The notes under the pieces are model-generated. The model was not told the DNA's origin. It was given only the letters and a program-made list of their open reading frames with translations, and searched no databases. A DNA stretch of 63,265 nucleotides, counting the filler. It is 4 parts of 4 records of this genome, joined end to end, with 100 filler letters (N's around TTAATTAATTAA, not from the genome) between each part and the next. Parts side by side here need not be neighbours in the genome. Positions count along the whole stretch, not along the records: positions 1 to 28,839 come from SRR22947725_1388; 3 more parts are not named here. One strand, given 5' to 3'. The position numbers and the translations under genes are program-made. Of the stretch, positions 1-10,400 are shown in pieces. Each line of letters opens with the position of its first letter. The first letter of the stretch is position 1.

Positions 1-317
1 TTACTCATTATGTGATGGTGCTTTGTCGGCGGCATTACATCATCGTGATCTGCCCCCAATACGGTCGTTGTATAAAGAGTACTTTCATCAGGCTTCCCAG
101 CGACAACTACGGCATCGCCTCCCGCACCTTTAAGTAATTGCTCATGAGTATCAATGCGCAATTTACCTTTATCTTTTGTTTCCTGATGGCAACTCACACA
201 GTTAAATTCCAACACAGGCTTAACATCTCTTAAGAAATCAACGGAACCATCGACTTCACCATAAGCTGACTGTAAAGACCACAAGGCCCCTAGCGACAAA
301 GCAACTTTTTTTATCAT
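1..317 (-). CDS. Exported planctomycete-type cytochrome c domain protein, 3'-truncated by window edge (not in ORF track)
   Basis: Manual translation from ATG at 317: MIKKVALSLGALWSLQSAYGEVDGSVDFLRDVKPVLEFNCVSCHQETKDKGKLRIDT...VVAGKPDESTLY...VMPP; signal peptide, CxxCH and DF..DVKP.L / G.P..S.L / MPP pattern of PSCyt1-type domains. Confidence 0.8.
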   Translation of the reverse strand, partial: MIKKVALSLGALWSLQSAYGEVDGSVDFLRDVKPVLEFNCVSCHQETKDKGKLRIDTHEQLLKGAGGDAVVVAGKPDESTLYTTTVLGADHDDVMPPTKHHHIMS

Positions 318-330
318 ACACTTCTCTTAT

Positions 331-1341
331 CTATTTTTTCTTAAACTTAAGCTCAGGAAATCCCGAGCTCTTAAAAATTTCTAATTGATCATTCTCTACT
401 TTCTGAACTAAAGCTTCAACACCATCAATACTTTCTACTAACTCTAAACCTTTAACTGGTCCTAAGACCGTCACTGCCGATGCCAAGGCATCTGCAGATT
501 CACAATCTTCTGCAATAATGGTAACACGACACCTATTCGTCATCCCCAGTCCTGTCTTAGGGTTGATGATATGCGAATAACGCTTTCCATCAATTTCAAC
601 AAACTGAGTCGTATCACCGGAAGTCGCAACAGCTCCTTCCCCTAACTCTACAAAAATTTTCTTTTCCTCTCCATCTGACAAAAAAACTTCCCAAAGATCA
701 TTTGGCGAAGCTGTCATGGCGATATCTCCACTTGCATCAACTAATGCATGACTTAGTCCATGTGATAAAATCACCTTTAAAGCTTCATCAGCGGCATAAC
801 CTTTGGCTATGCCGCCAAGATCTAAGCGCATTCCCGGTGCTTTCAAAGTAACACTCTGCTGCTCATGATCGAAAACCATCTTGTCCATACCTACCTTATT
901 CGCAGCTTTATCCATAGATCTCGCAGCGGGAAGCTTTTTTATGACACGAACTTTCCGCCACAAAAAGAAATAAGGACCTGCAGTTACATCAAAAGCGCCG
1001 TCACTTAATTGATGAAATTTTAATGAGTTATTGAGGATATACCACATATCGTTACTGACCTTAAATGGCAGACCTCCACCTGAAGATTTCGACAACTTCC
1101 AGAGCTCACTATCGACGATATAATCACTAAAACATTGATTGAGCTCTTCAACTCTAGCAACTGCTGCTTTAACTGCTTTTTCTGCCTGCTCTTCGGTATC
1201 TGCATAAATAAAATACTTAAACTCAACTCCCATTTGCCTTTCACTAAAGGCAAAGCGCTTTGATTCCTTAGTCTGACAGCTACACAAAAAATAGCTAAAC
1301 GCCAAAATGCTTAATAAATATGTACTCTGCAATAGCTTCAT
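331..1341 (-). CDS. apbE: FAD:protein FMN transferase (ApbE family lipoprotein)
   Basis: GAFDVTAGP, LDLGGIAKGYAAD, AVATSGD, RYSHIINPKTG, ADALAS motifs; lipobox-like LCSC; start moved to ATG 1341 (MKLLQ). Confidence 0.92.
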   Translation of the reverse strand: MKLLQSTYLLSILAFSYFLCSCQTKESKRFAFSERQMGVEFKYFIYADTEEQAEKAVKAAVARVEELNQCFSDYIVDSELWKLSKSSGGGLPFKVSNDMWYILNNSLKFHQLSDGAFDVTAGPYFFLWRKVRVIKKLPAARSMDKAANKVGMDKMVFDHEQQSVTLKAPGMRLDLGGIAKGYAADEALKVILSHGLSHALVDASGDIAMTASPNDLWEVFLSDGEEKKIFVELGEGAVATSGDTTQFVEIDGKRYSHIINPKTGLGMTNRCRVTIIAEDCESADALASAVTVLGPVKGLELVESIDGVEALVQKVENDQLEIFKSSGFPELKFKKK

Positions 1342-1422
1342 AGAGGTTCCATTGATTTGAAAAGAGTTAACGCAAGTGCCAGGATAAAATGACAAACCGC
1401 ACGAATTTCATTCAAAAAATAC

Positions 1423-1459
1423 AAAAAAAATGCCGCATACACAATGTATGCGGCATTTT
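1423..1459 (-). terminator. Intrinsic terminator downstream of ferredoxin
   Basis: Perfect inverted repeat aaaatgccgcataca-caa-tgtatgcggcatttt, with a U-run on the minus strand. Confidence 0.8.
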
Positions 1460-1477
1460 AAAAACTTAATTTGAAAA

Positions 1478-1726
1478 TTATCCGTCGAGACCGATAGAGC
1501 TCACTGGACAATCTTCTAATTGCTCTTGGCAAAGTGCAATTTCATCATCACCTTCAGGCTGCTTAAAAATAAAAGCGTTACCATCATCATCTTCTTCGAA
1601 GAACTCAGGAGCTGAGCCATAGCAAAGTCCACAAGCGATACAACCCTCACCTTCTGAATCATCTGGGTCAGTACAGTACCAAGCCCCGGCGATGTTATCT
1701 TTATGTTTTTCGTTTTTATTAGCCAT
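1478..1726 (-). CDS. Single-cluster ferredoxin
   Basis: CIACGLC...APEFF...CPVSSI; small acidic protein. Confidence 0.88.
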   Translation of the reverse strand: MANKNEKHKDNIAGAWYCTDPDDSEGEGCIACGLCYGSAPEFFEEDDDGNAFIFKQPEGDDEIALCQEQLEDCPVSSIGLDG

Positions 1727-1912
1727 ATTAAAACCTCATGTGTAAAAAGACAAAAATTAGAATGGTTCCATATAAAGCTTATTTCACAATTTTCAATTGT
1801 TTGCTTAAATTTTTCGTTAAAAGTTAGTGACAAAATATGCCAGTTGAAAATTCATCTCAAAGAAGATACAATTTAGATGATTTTTAACCCTGATCACATA
1901 TATGGATAATTT

Positions 1913-2944
1913 ATGAAAGTTTCTCTTACGTATCTAATGACTCTTGCTCTTATCATTCTTCTCAATGGATGTAAAACGCCTACACAAGAAATCAAACATT
2001 ACGAACTTGATGCTGTTGTCAAAGCAGCACAAGAGAAAGGCATAAACGCTATAATCCATGGAGCAGACCACAAAAGAAAATTATATGTTATCTCATGGTC
2101 CAACCCTAAATCTTTCTTCAACCGTTATAACTTTTCAATAGCTCCAACAGATAAAGCAACCAGCCTGCTTTTCAAAGAACTAAATCGCGGCGATAGAGTT
2201 TTCGTCCAAGGCAAAAGTCAAATTAATGCTGGGCAACCCCATATTTACACAAAAAAACTGACGATTACTAAAAAATACGACCCACAAGTTAAACACCCCG
2301 CTGGCCAATTTACCAGAAAAACAAAACTCCCTGGGACACTAGCAGAGCAAAAACGCGAGGTTTTTTACATTCACGCCATAGCCAATAAAGGCAAGATTCT
2401 CGTTCTTGAGCATGGAGACACCATCGTCCCTATGATAGTCAAAAATAATAAGCTCTGTGAAAAATTGTATCGCGGTGATTATGTCGACCTCGCCTACACA
2501 ATAAGTCAATCTGACAACCCTCATCAACCCACTCATCTAGAACTCAACGAAAAGGACAATAAGCCCGTTAAAGTTATTGATTCCATTGTAGACCTTCACG
2601 AAAAGGAAATTAACTACACCGGCAGACTCGTCCTTTTCCCTAAAAGCCCAACCATTAATAGAAATATTTTTGCCATAGAAGTTACTTGGAAAGACCCGAC
2701 TAAAGCGGCCCGTTACTTCACCCTCATCCCCCCTAGTTTCGAAGGAGATGAGTTTAAGAACATACTTAAAAAGTTACAAGATTCTTGGGACAAACACCCC
2801 AAAGAAGTTTTTAAAAGCCGCAACAAGTTCATTCACCAGAAACTAAAAGTTACAGTGAAAGGCAAAGGGAATGTCATCTCAGAAAACCAGGCTAATCCTC
2901 AAATCCTTACGACTACTGATGACATCCACATTTCAGAAGATTAA
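1913..2944 (+). CDS. Hypothetical lipoprotein with internally repeated beta-rich modules
   Basis: Lipobox LNGC; repeated IH(G/A)...L(N/Y)RGD(R/Y)V...QP(T)H motif. Confidence 0.6.
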   Translation: MKVSLTYLMTLALIILLNGCKTPTQEIKHYELDAVVKAAQEKGINAIIHGADHKRKLYVISWSNPKSFFNRYNFSIAPTDKATSLLFKELNRGDRVFVQGKSQINAGQPHIYTKKLTITKKYDPQVKHPAGQFTRKTKLPGTLAEQKREVFYIHAIANKGKILVLEHGDTIVPMIVKNNKLCEKLYRGDYVDLAYTISQSDNPHQPTHLELNEKDNKPVKVIDSIVDLHEKEINYTGRLVLFPKSPTINRNIFAIEVTWKDPTKAARYFTLIPPSFEGDEFKNILKKLQDSWDKHPKEVFKSRNKFIHQKLKVTVKGKGNVISENQANPQILTTTDDIHISED

Positions 2945-4417
2945 TCAGCGCGGCATTATATAATTAAAACCAGAAAAGCTCTGGCCTTTCTCTTGTAGAA
3001 AGCCCTTCACTGCTTGACGACTATTAATCTGAATCTCGACGAACGCAACTTCCTTATTCTTGATAAGTTGACGTATATAAGGGAAACGGCCACCGCCACC
3101 AGCTGCCACCCTGCTGTTAATCGCCAGTCTATAGGAATTTTGTTCTTTTAAATCTAAGGATATCAATTCTCCCTGTTTATCAAGAATTAGCTTAAATCCA
3201 TACGGTTGATTGAAGTGAGGCTTTCCAAAGTACTCCATCTGCTCACGCATAATAGCCAATAACTGCTCTCTGGAAACCTGAAGTTGAAAAATATTATTCT
3301 CATAAGGAATGAGCTCAAAGAGATCTTCCTGAATAACTCTTCCCTCTAGGCTTTTATTTGAAAATTTGCCGTGAATAGCGATATCTGATTTCGAAGCATA
3401 GGTAAGAGCTGCACCAATTAAGGCAGCAGTCTGATTTTGCTTACCTGACTTACCCGAAATCAAGGGTACACCAGGTCCCTCTATAACAAGAGCCTCTTTA
3501 TAATCTTTAATTTTAGCTTGCCACTTTTGAGTTATACCTACTGCTCCTTGGTCAATAAGCTTCTCCTTTTCGACATCGATCAACCACGATGACAAGCGTG
3601 GCTTATGTCGACCATTTTTATCTAAGGTACACTCTACGACTCCCAAATGGGACGCATGAAAACCTGCTTGACAATAATACGTCCCATATATACTTCGTCC
3701 TGGATAAAACTGATGAGTATGTCCGCCTAACACAAGATCGAGTTGCGGGAATAAGCGAGTCACTTCGCGGATTTCATTTACTCCACGACTCTCAGAAAAA
3801 TTAAAGCCATGATGAAGAGCTAGGACAATCATATGCGGCCTTTGTAATTGTACTTCTTTAAGAATAGCGGGAAGGACGTCCACCACCTTTTGAACTTCAT
3901 AACCATCAAAATCTGCGCCAATAAACCAGTGCCTTAGAAAGCTAGCCTGCATACCAATAACTGCAATCTTCACCCCCTGTTTATTATAAATCTTATAGGC
4001 ATCAAAAGATCTTTTATAAGGGCTTTTCATGACAAAATTACCACTCAGAACCGGTACCCTGGTTAAATCCAGTAATTCATTCAATCTCTTGAGACCAAAG
4101 TCGAGCTCATGGTTACCAATAGCCCAAGCATCGTATTTTAGATAATTGATGTAATCCACAGCTATCTCGCCCTTGGTCGCCACAGCTGCCACCGAACCTT
4201 GAATCGTATCCCCACAATCGATAAGAAGCGTCGCTTCATTTCCCCATTGCTGTCGACACCGCTTTATTGAGCCGGCTAGTTTCTGCCAGCCCCCCTTATG
4301 TGTATTTATCTGACAATGGATGTCTGTAGTATGTAAAATTCGTATCTTTACTTCTTCTGCCACTAAGGCTCCAGAAAAAAGAAGAAAAAACACCGCCCTT
4401 TTGCAAAAATGTGCCAC
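2945..4417 (-). CDS. Bifunctional metallophosphatase / 5'-nucleotidase
   Basis: ILHTTDIH, IDCGDTIQGS, IGNHELDFG, LGGHTH, PYEN motifs; signal peptide. Confidence 0.88.
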   Translation of the reverse strand: MAHFCKRAVFFLLFSGALVAEEVKIRILHTTDIHCQINTHKGGWQKLAGSIKRCRQQWGNEATLLIDCGDTIQGSVAAVATKGEIAVDYINYLKYDAWAIGNHELDFGLKRLNELLDLTRVPVLSGNFVMKSPYKRSFDAYKIYNKQGVKIAVIGMQASFLRHWFIGADFDGYEVQKVVDVLPAILKEVQLQRPHMIVLALHHGFNFSESRGVNEIREVTRLFPQLDLVLGGHTHQFYPGRSIYGTYYCQAGFHASHLGVVECTLDKNGRHKPRLSSWLIDVEKEKLIDQGAVGITQKWQAKIKDYKEALVIEGPGVPLISGKSGKQNQTAALIGAALTYASKSDIAIHGKFSNKSLEGRVIQEDLFELIPYENNIFQLQVSREQLLAIMREQMEYFGKPHFNQPYGFKLILDKQGELISLDLKEQNSYRLAINSRVAAGGGGRFPYIRQLIKNKEVAFVEIQINSRQAVKGFLQEKGQSFSGFNYIMPR

Positions 4418-4488
4418 TTGAAAGTTCCCTTGTATTGCCTTATTTCACTTCACAGTTTATATAAAGTCATAAGCAATTCAAGGTTACT

Positions 4489-5649
4489 ATGTCTGGAAGT
4501 CACACTAAAGAAAAAATAACCGTTTTAGGCGTCGGCACCGGCGGCTGTCGCATTGCTGCGGAATTAATGTCTACGACCTCGGCACAAAGCATACACTCTA
4601 TACTCATTGATACTGATGAAAAAGCCCTCTCCAACTTTTATGATTATGAAACATTACTCATTGGCAGTGACTGGACTGATAAACAAGGCTGTGGCGGAGA
4701 AATGGCACGAGGCGAAAAAGCCGCAAGTTCTAGTTCTGCTGACCTCGATAAAATCATCAGTGAATGCGAATTATTGATCGTGGTATCTCCCTTGGGAGGT
4801 GGTACTGGTAGTGGTGCAACTACTGTCATTGCTAATACTGCCAGGCGCCTCAAAGTTCGCTCCTTATTTTTTATCACCAGACCTTTTTCGTTTGAAGGCA
4901 ACTTAAGATTTAAGAATGCAGAAAAAAGTCATAAATCTCTTATCAAAACTGCTGATGCCGTTATTTGTCTTGAAAATGATATTCTCTTCCAAAACCTAAG
5001 TGGCAATATCAGCAGTGATTTTAAAGAAGCCGACAAAACACTTGCGGAGTGTATTGGCGGCATCTCTGAGATGCTTTTCACCGAAGGTTTAATCACAATT
5101 GAGTTTTCGCACATTAAGCAATTACTCAAAAAGCGCAATGCTTATTGCCACATAGGCATTGGTCAAGCTAGTGGACCCAACAAAAATAAACTAGCAATCG
5201 AAGAACTATTGGGCTCACCAACTCTAGGCGGTACAGAAACTCTCACGTCTTGTAATACTGCCATAGTGACTTTATTAGCTGGTCCCGACCTATCTATGAG
5301 CGACATCAACCTCTGCATCAGCCAAATCAAAGAATTATTTGATGAGAATTGTGAAGTTAACGTTGGCGTCGCTACTTCAAGCGAACGAGAAGACTTCTTG
5401 CAAGTCACGGTGTTAACCATAAAAGATCATAAAACCAAACCTAGCCCCAATTTTGCAGGTGCCAAAGCAGCGCCTAAGAAGAGCAAAATCAAGAAAGAAG
5501 CTACTGTCTACAATATTCAAGGCGAACTTCCCCTGCAGGAATTAACCAGTGGAATTTTTGAGAATTCAACTCCCTCAATGCACCATGGCCAAAACCTCGA
5601 TATACCAACCTACCTAAGACAAGGCTTAACACTGGACAGCGGAGACTAA
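4489..5649 (+). CDS. ftsZ: Cell division protein FtsZ (divergent)
   Basis: Tubulin signature LGGGTGSG, IDTD, TRPFSFEG, C-terminal core peptide LDIPTYLR. Confidence 0.85.
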   Translation: MSGSHTKEKITVLGVGTGGCRIAAELMSTTSAQSIHSILIDTDEKALSNFYDYETLLIGSDWTDKQGCGGEMARGEKAASSSSADLDKIISECELLIVVSPLGGGTGSGATTVIANTARRLKVRSLFFITRPFSFEGNLRFKNAEKSHKSLIKTADAVICLENDILFQNLSGNISSDFKEADKTLAECIGGISEMLFTEGLITIEFSHIKQLLKKRNAYCHIGIGQASGPNKNKLAIEELLGSPTLGGTETLTSCNTAIVTLLAGPDLSMSDINLCISQIKELFDENCEVNVGVATSSEREDFLQVTVLTIKDHKTKPSPNFAGAKAAPKKSKIKKEATVYNIQGELPLQELTSGIFENSTPSMHHGQNLDIPTYLRQGLTLDSGD

Positions 5650-5650
5650 C

Positions 5651-6631
5651 TTGAGACTTCTTTTTGCTGTTATCCTCAGCGCTATACTCTTCTATTCTTG
5701 TACACCCGAAGAAAAAAAGAAAGCTGTCGAAAAAATATCCCTCCCAAACCTACCGACTGTTAATGGCGAAGAAGCTATGAAGCTTGTTGAAAAACAAATT
5801 GCTTTGGGCCCCAGAACTCTTAACTCTAAAGCCGCCAAAGACTGCGCCTGGTACATCGCCGATTTTGCCGAACAACTGGGTTACAAAGTCAAAATAGATA
5901 CCTGGACTGAAGGGACTGGAGCTAACAGTAAAGTGTTTCGAAATGTAATCTGTACACGTGCAGGAACAGGGCAACAATACGTTATTTGTGGAAGTCACTA
6001 TGATACTAAAACTATCAAAGAATTCCCAAACTTCACAGGAGCCAATGATGGAGCTTCTTCAACTGGGCTCCTCATGCAACTTATGAAAGAAATAACGCAA
6101 AGCCCTTTATGGAAATCTAACTGTGAAATACGCTTTGTCTTCTTTGATGGAGAGGAAGCACTTGTTGAATACACTGATACCGATGGCCTCAATGGAAGTC
6201 GCCGCTACGCACGACAACTCTATATGCAAAATGAACACCTGCAGTGCCGAGCCATGCTGCTTATGGATATGATTGGTGACAAGGACCTCAAACTGACGAT
6301 CCCTCTAAACTCTGATAAAAAATTATTAGATAAAACTTTTATTATTGCCGAAAAGCTAAACTTAAAACAGCATGTTAATACATTGAACTCAGGCTATTTT
6401 CACGACGATCACGTACCTTTCATAAATATGGGCATACCGTCAATTGACTTCATTGATTTTGAGTATGGTCCAGAAAGTGATAGCAGTTCTGGTGGTGCTT
6501 TTTGGCATACCGATCAAGATACTATTGATAAGTTAAGTGCAGATTCTCTGACAAAAGTTGGCAATTTATTCACACATGTGTTATATAATGTGAGTAACAA
6601 CCCAATTTCAGGTCAGGATAATGAAAAGTAA
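5651..6631 (+). CDS. M28 family peptidase / glutaminyl-cyclase-like lipoprotein
   Basis: SHYDT, GANDGASSTG, FFDGEE, DMIGD, DDH.PF, WHT..D; lipobox FYSC. Confidence 0.85.
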   Translation: MRLLFAVILSAILFYSCTPEEKKKAVEKISLPNLPTVNGEEAMKLVEKQIALGPRTLNSKAAKDCAWYIADFAEQLGYKVKIDTWTEGTGANSKVFRNVICTRAGTGQQYVICGSHYDTKTIKEFPNFTGANDGASSTGLLMQLMKEITQSPLWKSNCEIRFVFFDGEEALVEYTDTDGLNGSRRYARQLYMQNEHLQCRAMLLMDMIGDKDLKLTIPLNSDKKLLDKTFIIAEKLNLKQHVNTLNSGYFHDDHVPFINMGIPSIDFIDFEYGPESDSSSGGAFWHTDQDTIDKLSADSLTKVGNLFTHVLYNVSNNPISGQDNEK

Positions 6632-7499
6632 AACACTCATCGCTTACGAAAATTTTGTGAGTAGCTTTATTGAACTCCACAAAAATGCCAGCCAAATAGA
6701 GCTAGGCCAATTCTCCCCTTCGCCCAAAGCAGATAAAACGCCTGAATTAAAAGTATTACTGTTCTCTCCACACCCTGATGATGAATGTGTAATTGGAGCT
6801 CTTCCTCTTAGACTAAAACAAGAGCTAAATGCACAGGTCATCAACATCGCTGTAACTCTCGGAAGTAACAAAGAGCGACAAAGCGGCCGTCTTCAAGAAG
6901 TTCGCAATGCCTGCACTACCCTTGGCTTTGATCTCATCATACCTAAACAAAGTGGTCTTGAAAATATCAGCCTCAAAGCAAAAGAAGAGGCGCCCATAGA
7001 TTGGCAAAACAACGTTCAGGTTATTAAGGATATTCTTCTTAATGAGCAGCCAGACATGGTTCTTTTCCCCCACAACAACGATTATAATTCGACTCATATC
7101 GGTGTTAATGCCTTGCTCAAAGATGCTTTAAATGAAATCGTCTCAGTTGATAGTAGCTTCCAAACTATCGTCATCGAAACTGAATTTTGGCAAATGATGG
7201 ATAGCCCTAACCTTATGATCGGTCTCAATATAGAAGATGAGGCCAAACTCATTTATGCCTTGTCTGCTCATACTGGTGAAGTTGAGCGTAACCCTTATCA
7301 TATAAATCACCCAGCCCGCATGCTCGATAATATCACACGCGGAGCAGAAGTTGTCGGTGGCCAAGGTGAATCCGCACCAAAAATGGATTTTGCGATGATA
7401 TATAGACATTCAACAGTCAGTCAGGGTAAAATAACTGTGACTCCTAAAAAAAGGTGCTTTGCTACAGACGAAAACCTCAGTCGCCTTTTCACGTCATAG
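6621..7499 (+). CDS. PIG-L/LmbE family deacetylase
   Basis: SPHPDDE motif plus D..STH segment. Confidence 0.85.
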   Translation: MKSKTLIAYENFVSSFIELHKNASQIELGQFSPSPKADKTPELKVLLFSPHPDDECVIGALPLRLKQELNAQVINIAVTLGSNKERQSGRLQEVRNACTTLGFDLIIPKQSGLENISLKAKEEAPIDWQNNVQVIKDILLNEQPDMVLFPHNNDYNSTHIGVNALLKDALNEIVSVDSSFQTIVIETEFWQMMDSPNLMIGLNIEDEAKLIYALSAHTGEVERNPYHINHPARMLDNITRGAEVVGGQGESAPKMDFAMIYRHSTVSQGKITVTPKKRCFATDENLSRLFTS

Positions 7500-10400
7500 C
7501 TTCTTAAGTATTTTAATAATTTGATCAAGTAAGGCATTGACCGTCCCTTCTTCTAACACAGGAACTTTCCCATTTAAGCGTCGGTAGCCATCTTCATCCT
7601 CAAAATAAAGTCGGTCACCTCGAGAAGACACCGCATGAATACGCTTCAATTGAGCTCGGACGCGAATCTCAAGGTATTTCATGTAGAGCGACACCTGTAT
7701 GGGAAAACGCCCGAAACGATCGCGAACTTCCTGTGAGAAAAGTTTAAGCGTCTTCAAAGAGTCGACTTTCGCAGTGCGTTGATATAGCTCCAGCCGCATA
7801 GATTCTGAATCGATATAATCAGGAGGAATGCAAGCTGACTTTCCAGACTCTAACATACCAATTGGCAAAAAATCCAGTGAGACATGAGTTACTGTAAAAT
7901 TCTCATTTTTGTTCTCTAAACGCGATACGGACTTCTTCAAAAGCTTGCAGTACATTTCAAAACCAACAGCCGCAATATGCCCACTTTGCTCTTTACCAAG
8001 GAGATTACCGGCACCTCTTATTTCCAAATCTCTTAAAGCCAACTTAAAGCCAGCCCCTAAATGCGTGTAGCGCCTTATCGCTGCTAAACGCTGACGAGCG
8101 GTATCCATAAGCAAGCCATCTCCTGGCAAGAGCAAATAACAATAAGCTTGGTGATGATACCTCCCGACACGCCCCCTCAATTGATAGAGTTCCGCGAGGC
8201 CAAAACGATCGGCTCGATCGATAATCATTGTATTCGCATAGGGATTATCAACGCCAGATTCAATTATAGTGGTCGACACCAGAACATTAAATTTTTTATC
8301 AATAAACCGAGACATCACACTTTCCAGCTCACTATCTTTCATCTGCCCGTGGCCAAAGATAACTTTTGCCTCAGGAACCAACTGCTGAATTTGAAAAGCT
8401 TTTTTCTCAATCGTCTGGACGCGATTATGCAAAAAATAAACCTGCCCGCCTCGTTCTATCTCCCGTTCAATCGCTAACTTAATCGTCTCATTATCCTCTT
8501 TAGCAACAATGGTCTTAACTGGTTTGCGCTCTACCGGTGGTGTCATTATCGTACTAAAGTCTCGTAAGCCAGCCAAAGAAAAATACAAAGTCCGCGGAAT
8601 AGGCGTCGCAGTCATAGTCAATATATCAACAGTAGAGCGCATCCGCTTAAGTTGCTCTTTACTCTCAACACCAAAACGCTGCTCTTCATCTACGACCACT
8701 AAACCTAAGCGATCAAATAAGATATCTTTCTGCAAGAGTCTATGGGTACCAATCACTATATCGCAAGCACCGGTCGCCATATCATCCAAAGCTTGTCGTT
8801 GCTCTTTAGCGGTTATAAATCTGCAAAGTAAACGAACATCTACAGGATAATCCGCCATCCGTTGACTAAATGTCCTAAAGTGCTGCTGAGCCAAAACAGT
8901 CGTCGGCACAATAATGGCGACCTGTCGCCCGTCCATAACTGATTTAAACGCCGCTCTCAATGCCACTTCAGTCTTACCGAAGCCAACATCTCCACAAATC
9001 AGGCGATCCATCGGCTGAGAGCTCTCCATATCTTTCTTGACGGCTTCAATGGCCTTTTTTTGGTCTTCAGTTTCTTCATAAGGGAAGGCTTCTTCAAACA
9101 TCATTTGCCATTCGTTATCCGGAGCGCATAAATGACCTTTCGCGAATTTCCGCACTGCTTGAAAACGCAATAATTCTGCTGCAAGGTCTCCAGCCGCACC
9201 TTCCGCTTTGCCTCGCGCATTTTTCCAGGCCGAGCCGCCTATGCGAGTTAATTTTGGGATCCCTTTACGACCGCCGATATAACGACTGACCATATGCGAA
9301 GAGTCCAAAGGCACGTATAAGCGCTTTTCTTCAGCAAACTCCAGGGTCATCACTTCTGTATATAAGCCTTCGCGCTCTTGTGTCTCTATACCGATGTAAC
9401 GACAGATACCATGAGAAAAGTGCACCGCATAATCACCTGGACTAATCTCTGGCTCTGCTTCTAAAAAAGCCTCTAAAGCCTGCTGCCTAGCCGAACGGCT
9501 ACGACGAGTCGTCACACTTCGCCCAAAAATTTCGTTTTCACTTAAAATCACAAGCTTATTTTGCTCTGAAATAAAACCACAGGCTAAAGCAGCATCATCT
9601 AAATGAATAAATTTCTTATTTATACCAGTGGCTGTTTCTAACAATTGCTCAAAACGTTGACGATTGCCCTTACTTCCGCAAAAAATGCAAACTTCAAAAC
9701 CTTGCTGAGTCCAGTCCTCTAACTGTTCAATAACAAACTTCTGTAAAAAAGCAGATAAAGAACCATGAATTTCTGGCATATTATTTCTAAACAAAGGCGC
9801 CAAAGCTTGAATGGGCAAGGAATTTTCTACCTCATAATGAAGGCTGATAACTCGACGACTTTTAGCAAATAACAAATCGAGCTCTTCTTCTGGAAAGTAT
9901 TGCCGTACATGCGCGGTTATTTTCTCTGGCTCTAAAATGACTAAATCGTAATCGGGACAATAATCGAGCAAGTGACCGGTCTCTTTTTCATCCGCTGCTC
10001 GAGGAACCACTTTCATGGACTCTACCTCAACTAAAGAGCATTGAGTCATTGGATCAAACGTTCTTATAGATTCAATTTCATCGCCAAAAAACTCAATCCG
10101 ATGCGCCTCTTTATAAAGAGGTGAGAATATATCCACTATGCCACCACGGCGAGCGAACTCTCCTTGCAAACTAACCTGGTATTCATTATCATAATCTAGG
10201 TCGACTAAAAGAGAGGCTAAACTTTCTGGAGTGTACTTTTCTGAACCGACAGGCAATTCTATAGCGGCGCTATTGAACTTCTTCTTTTCTGCTACAGATC
10301 CGACAAAACCTGCAGTCGTCGTAATAATCAGTTGGCCCTGTTCTTTTTCCAATAAAGTCCCCAAAACAGCATTGCGCTCACAATCGTTATCAGGCTGATA

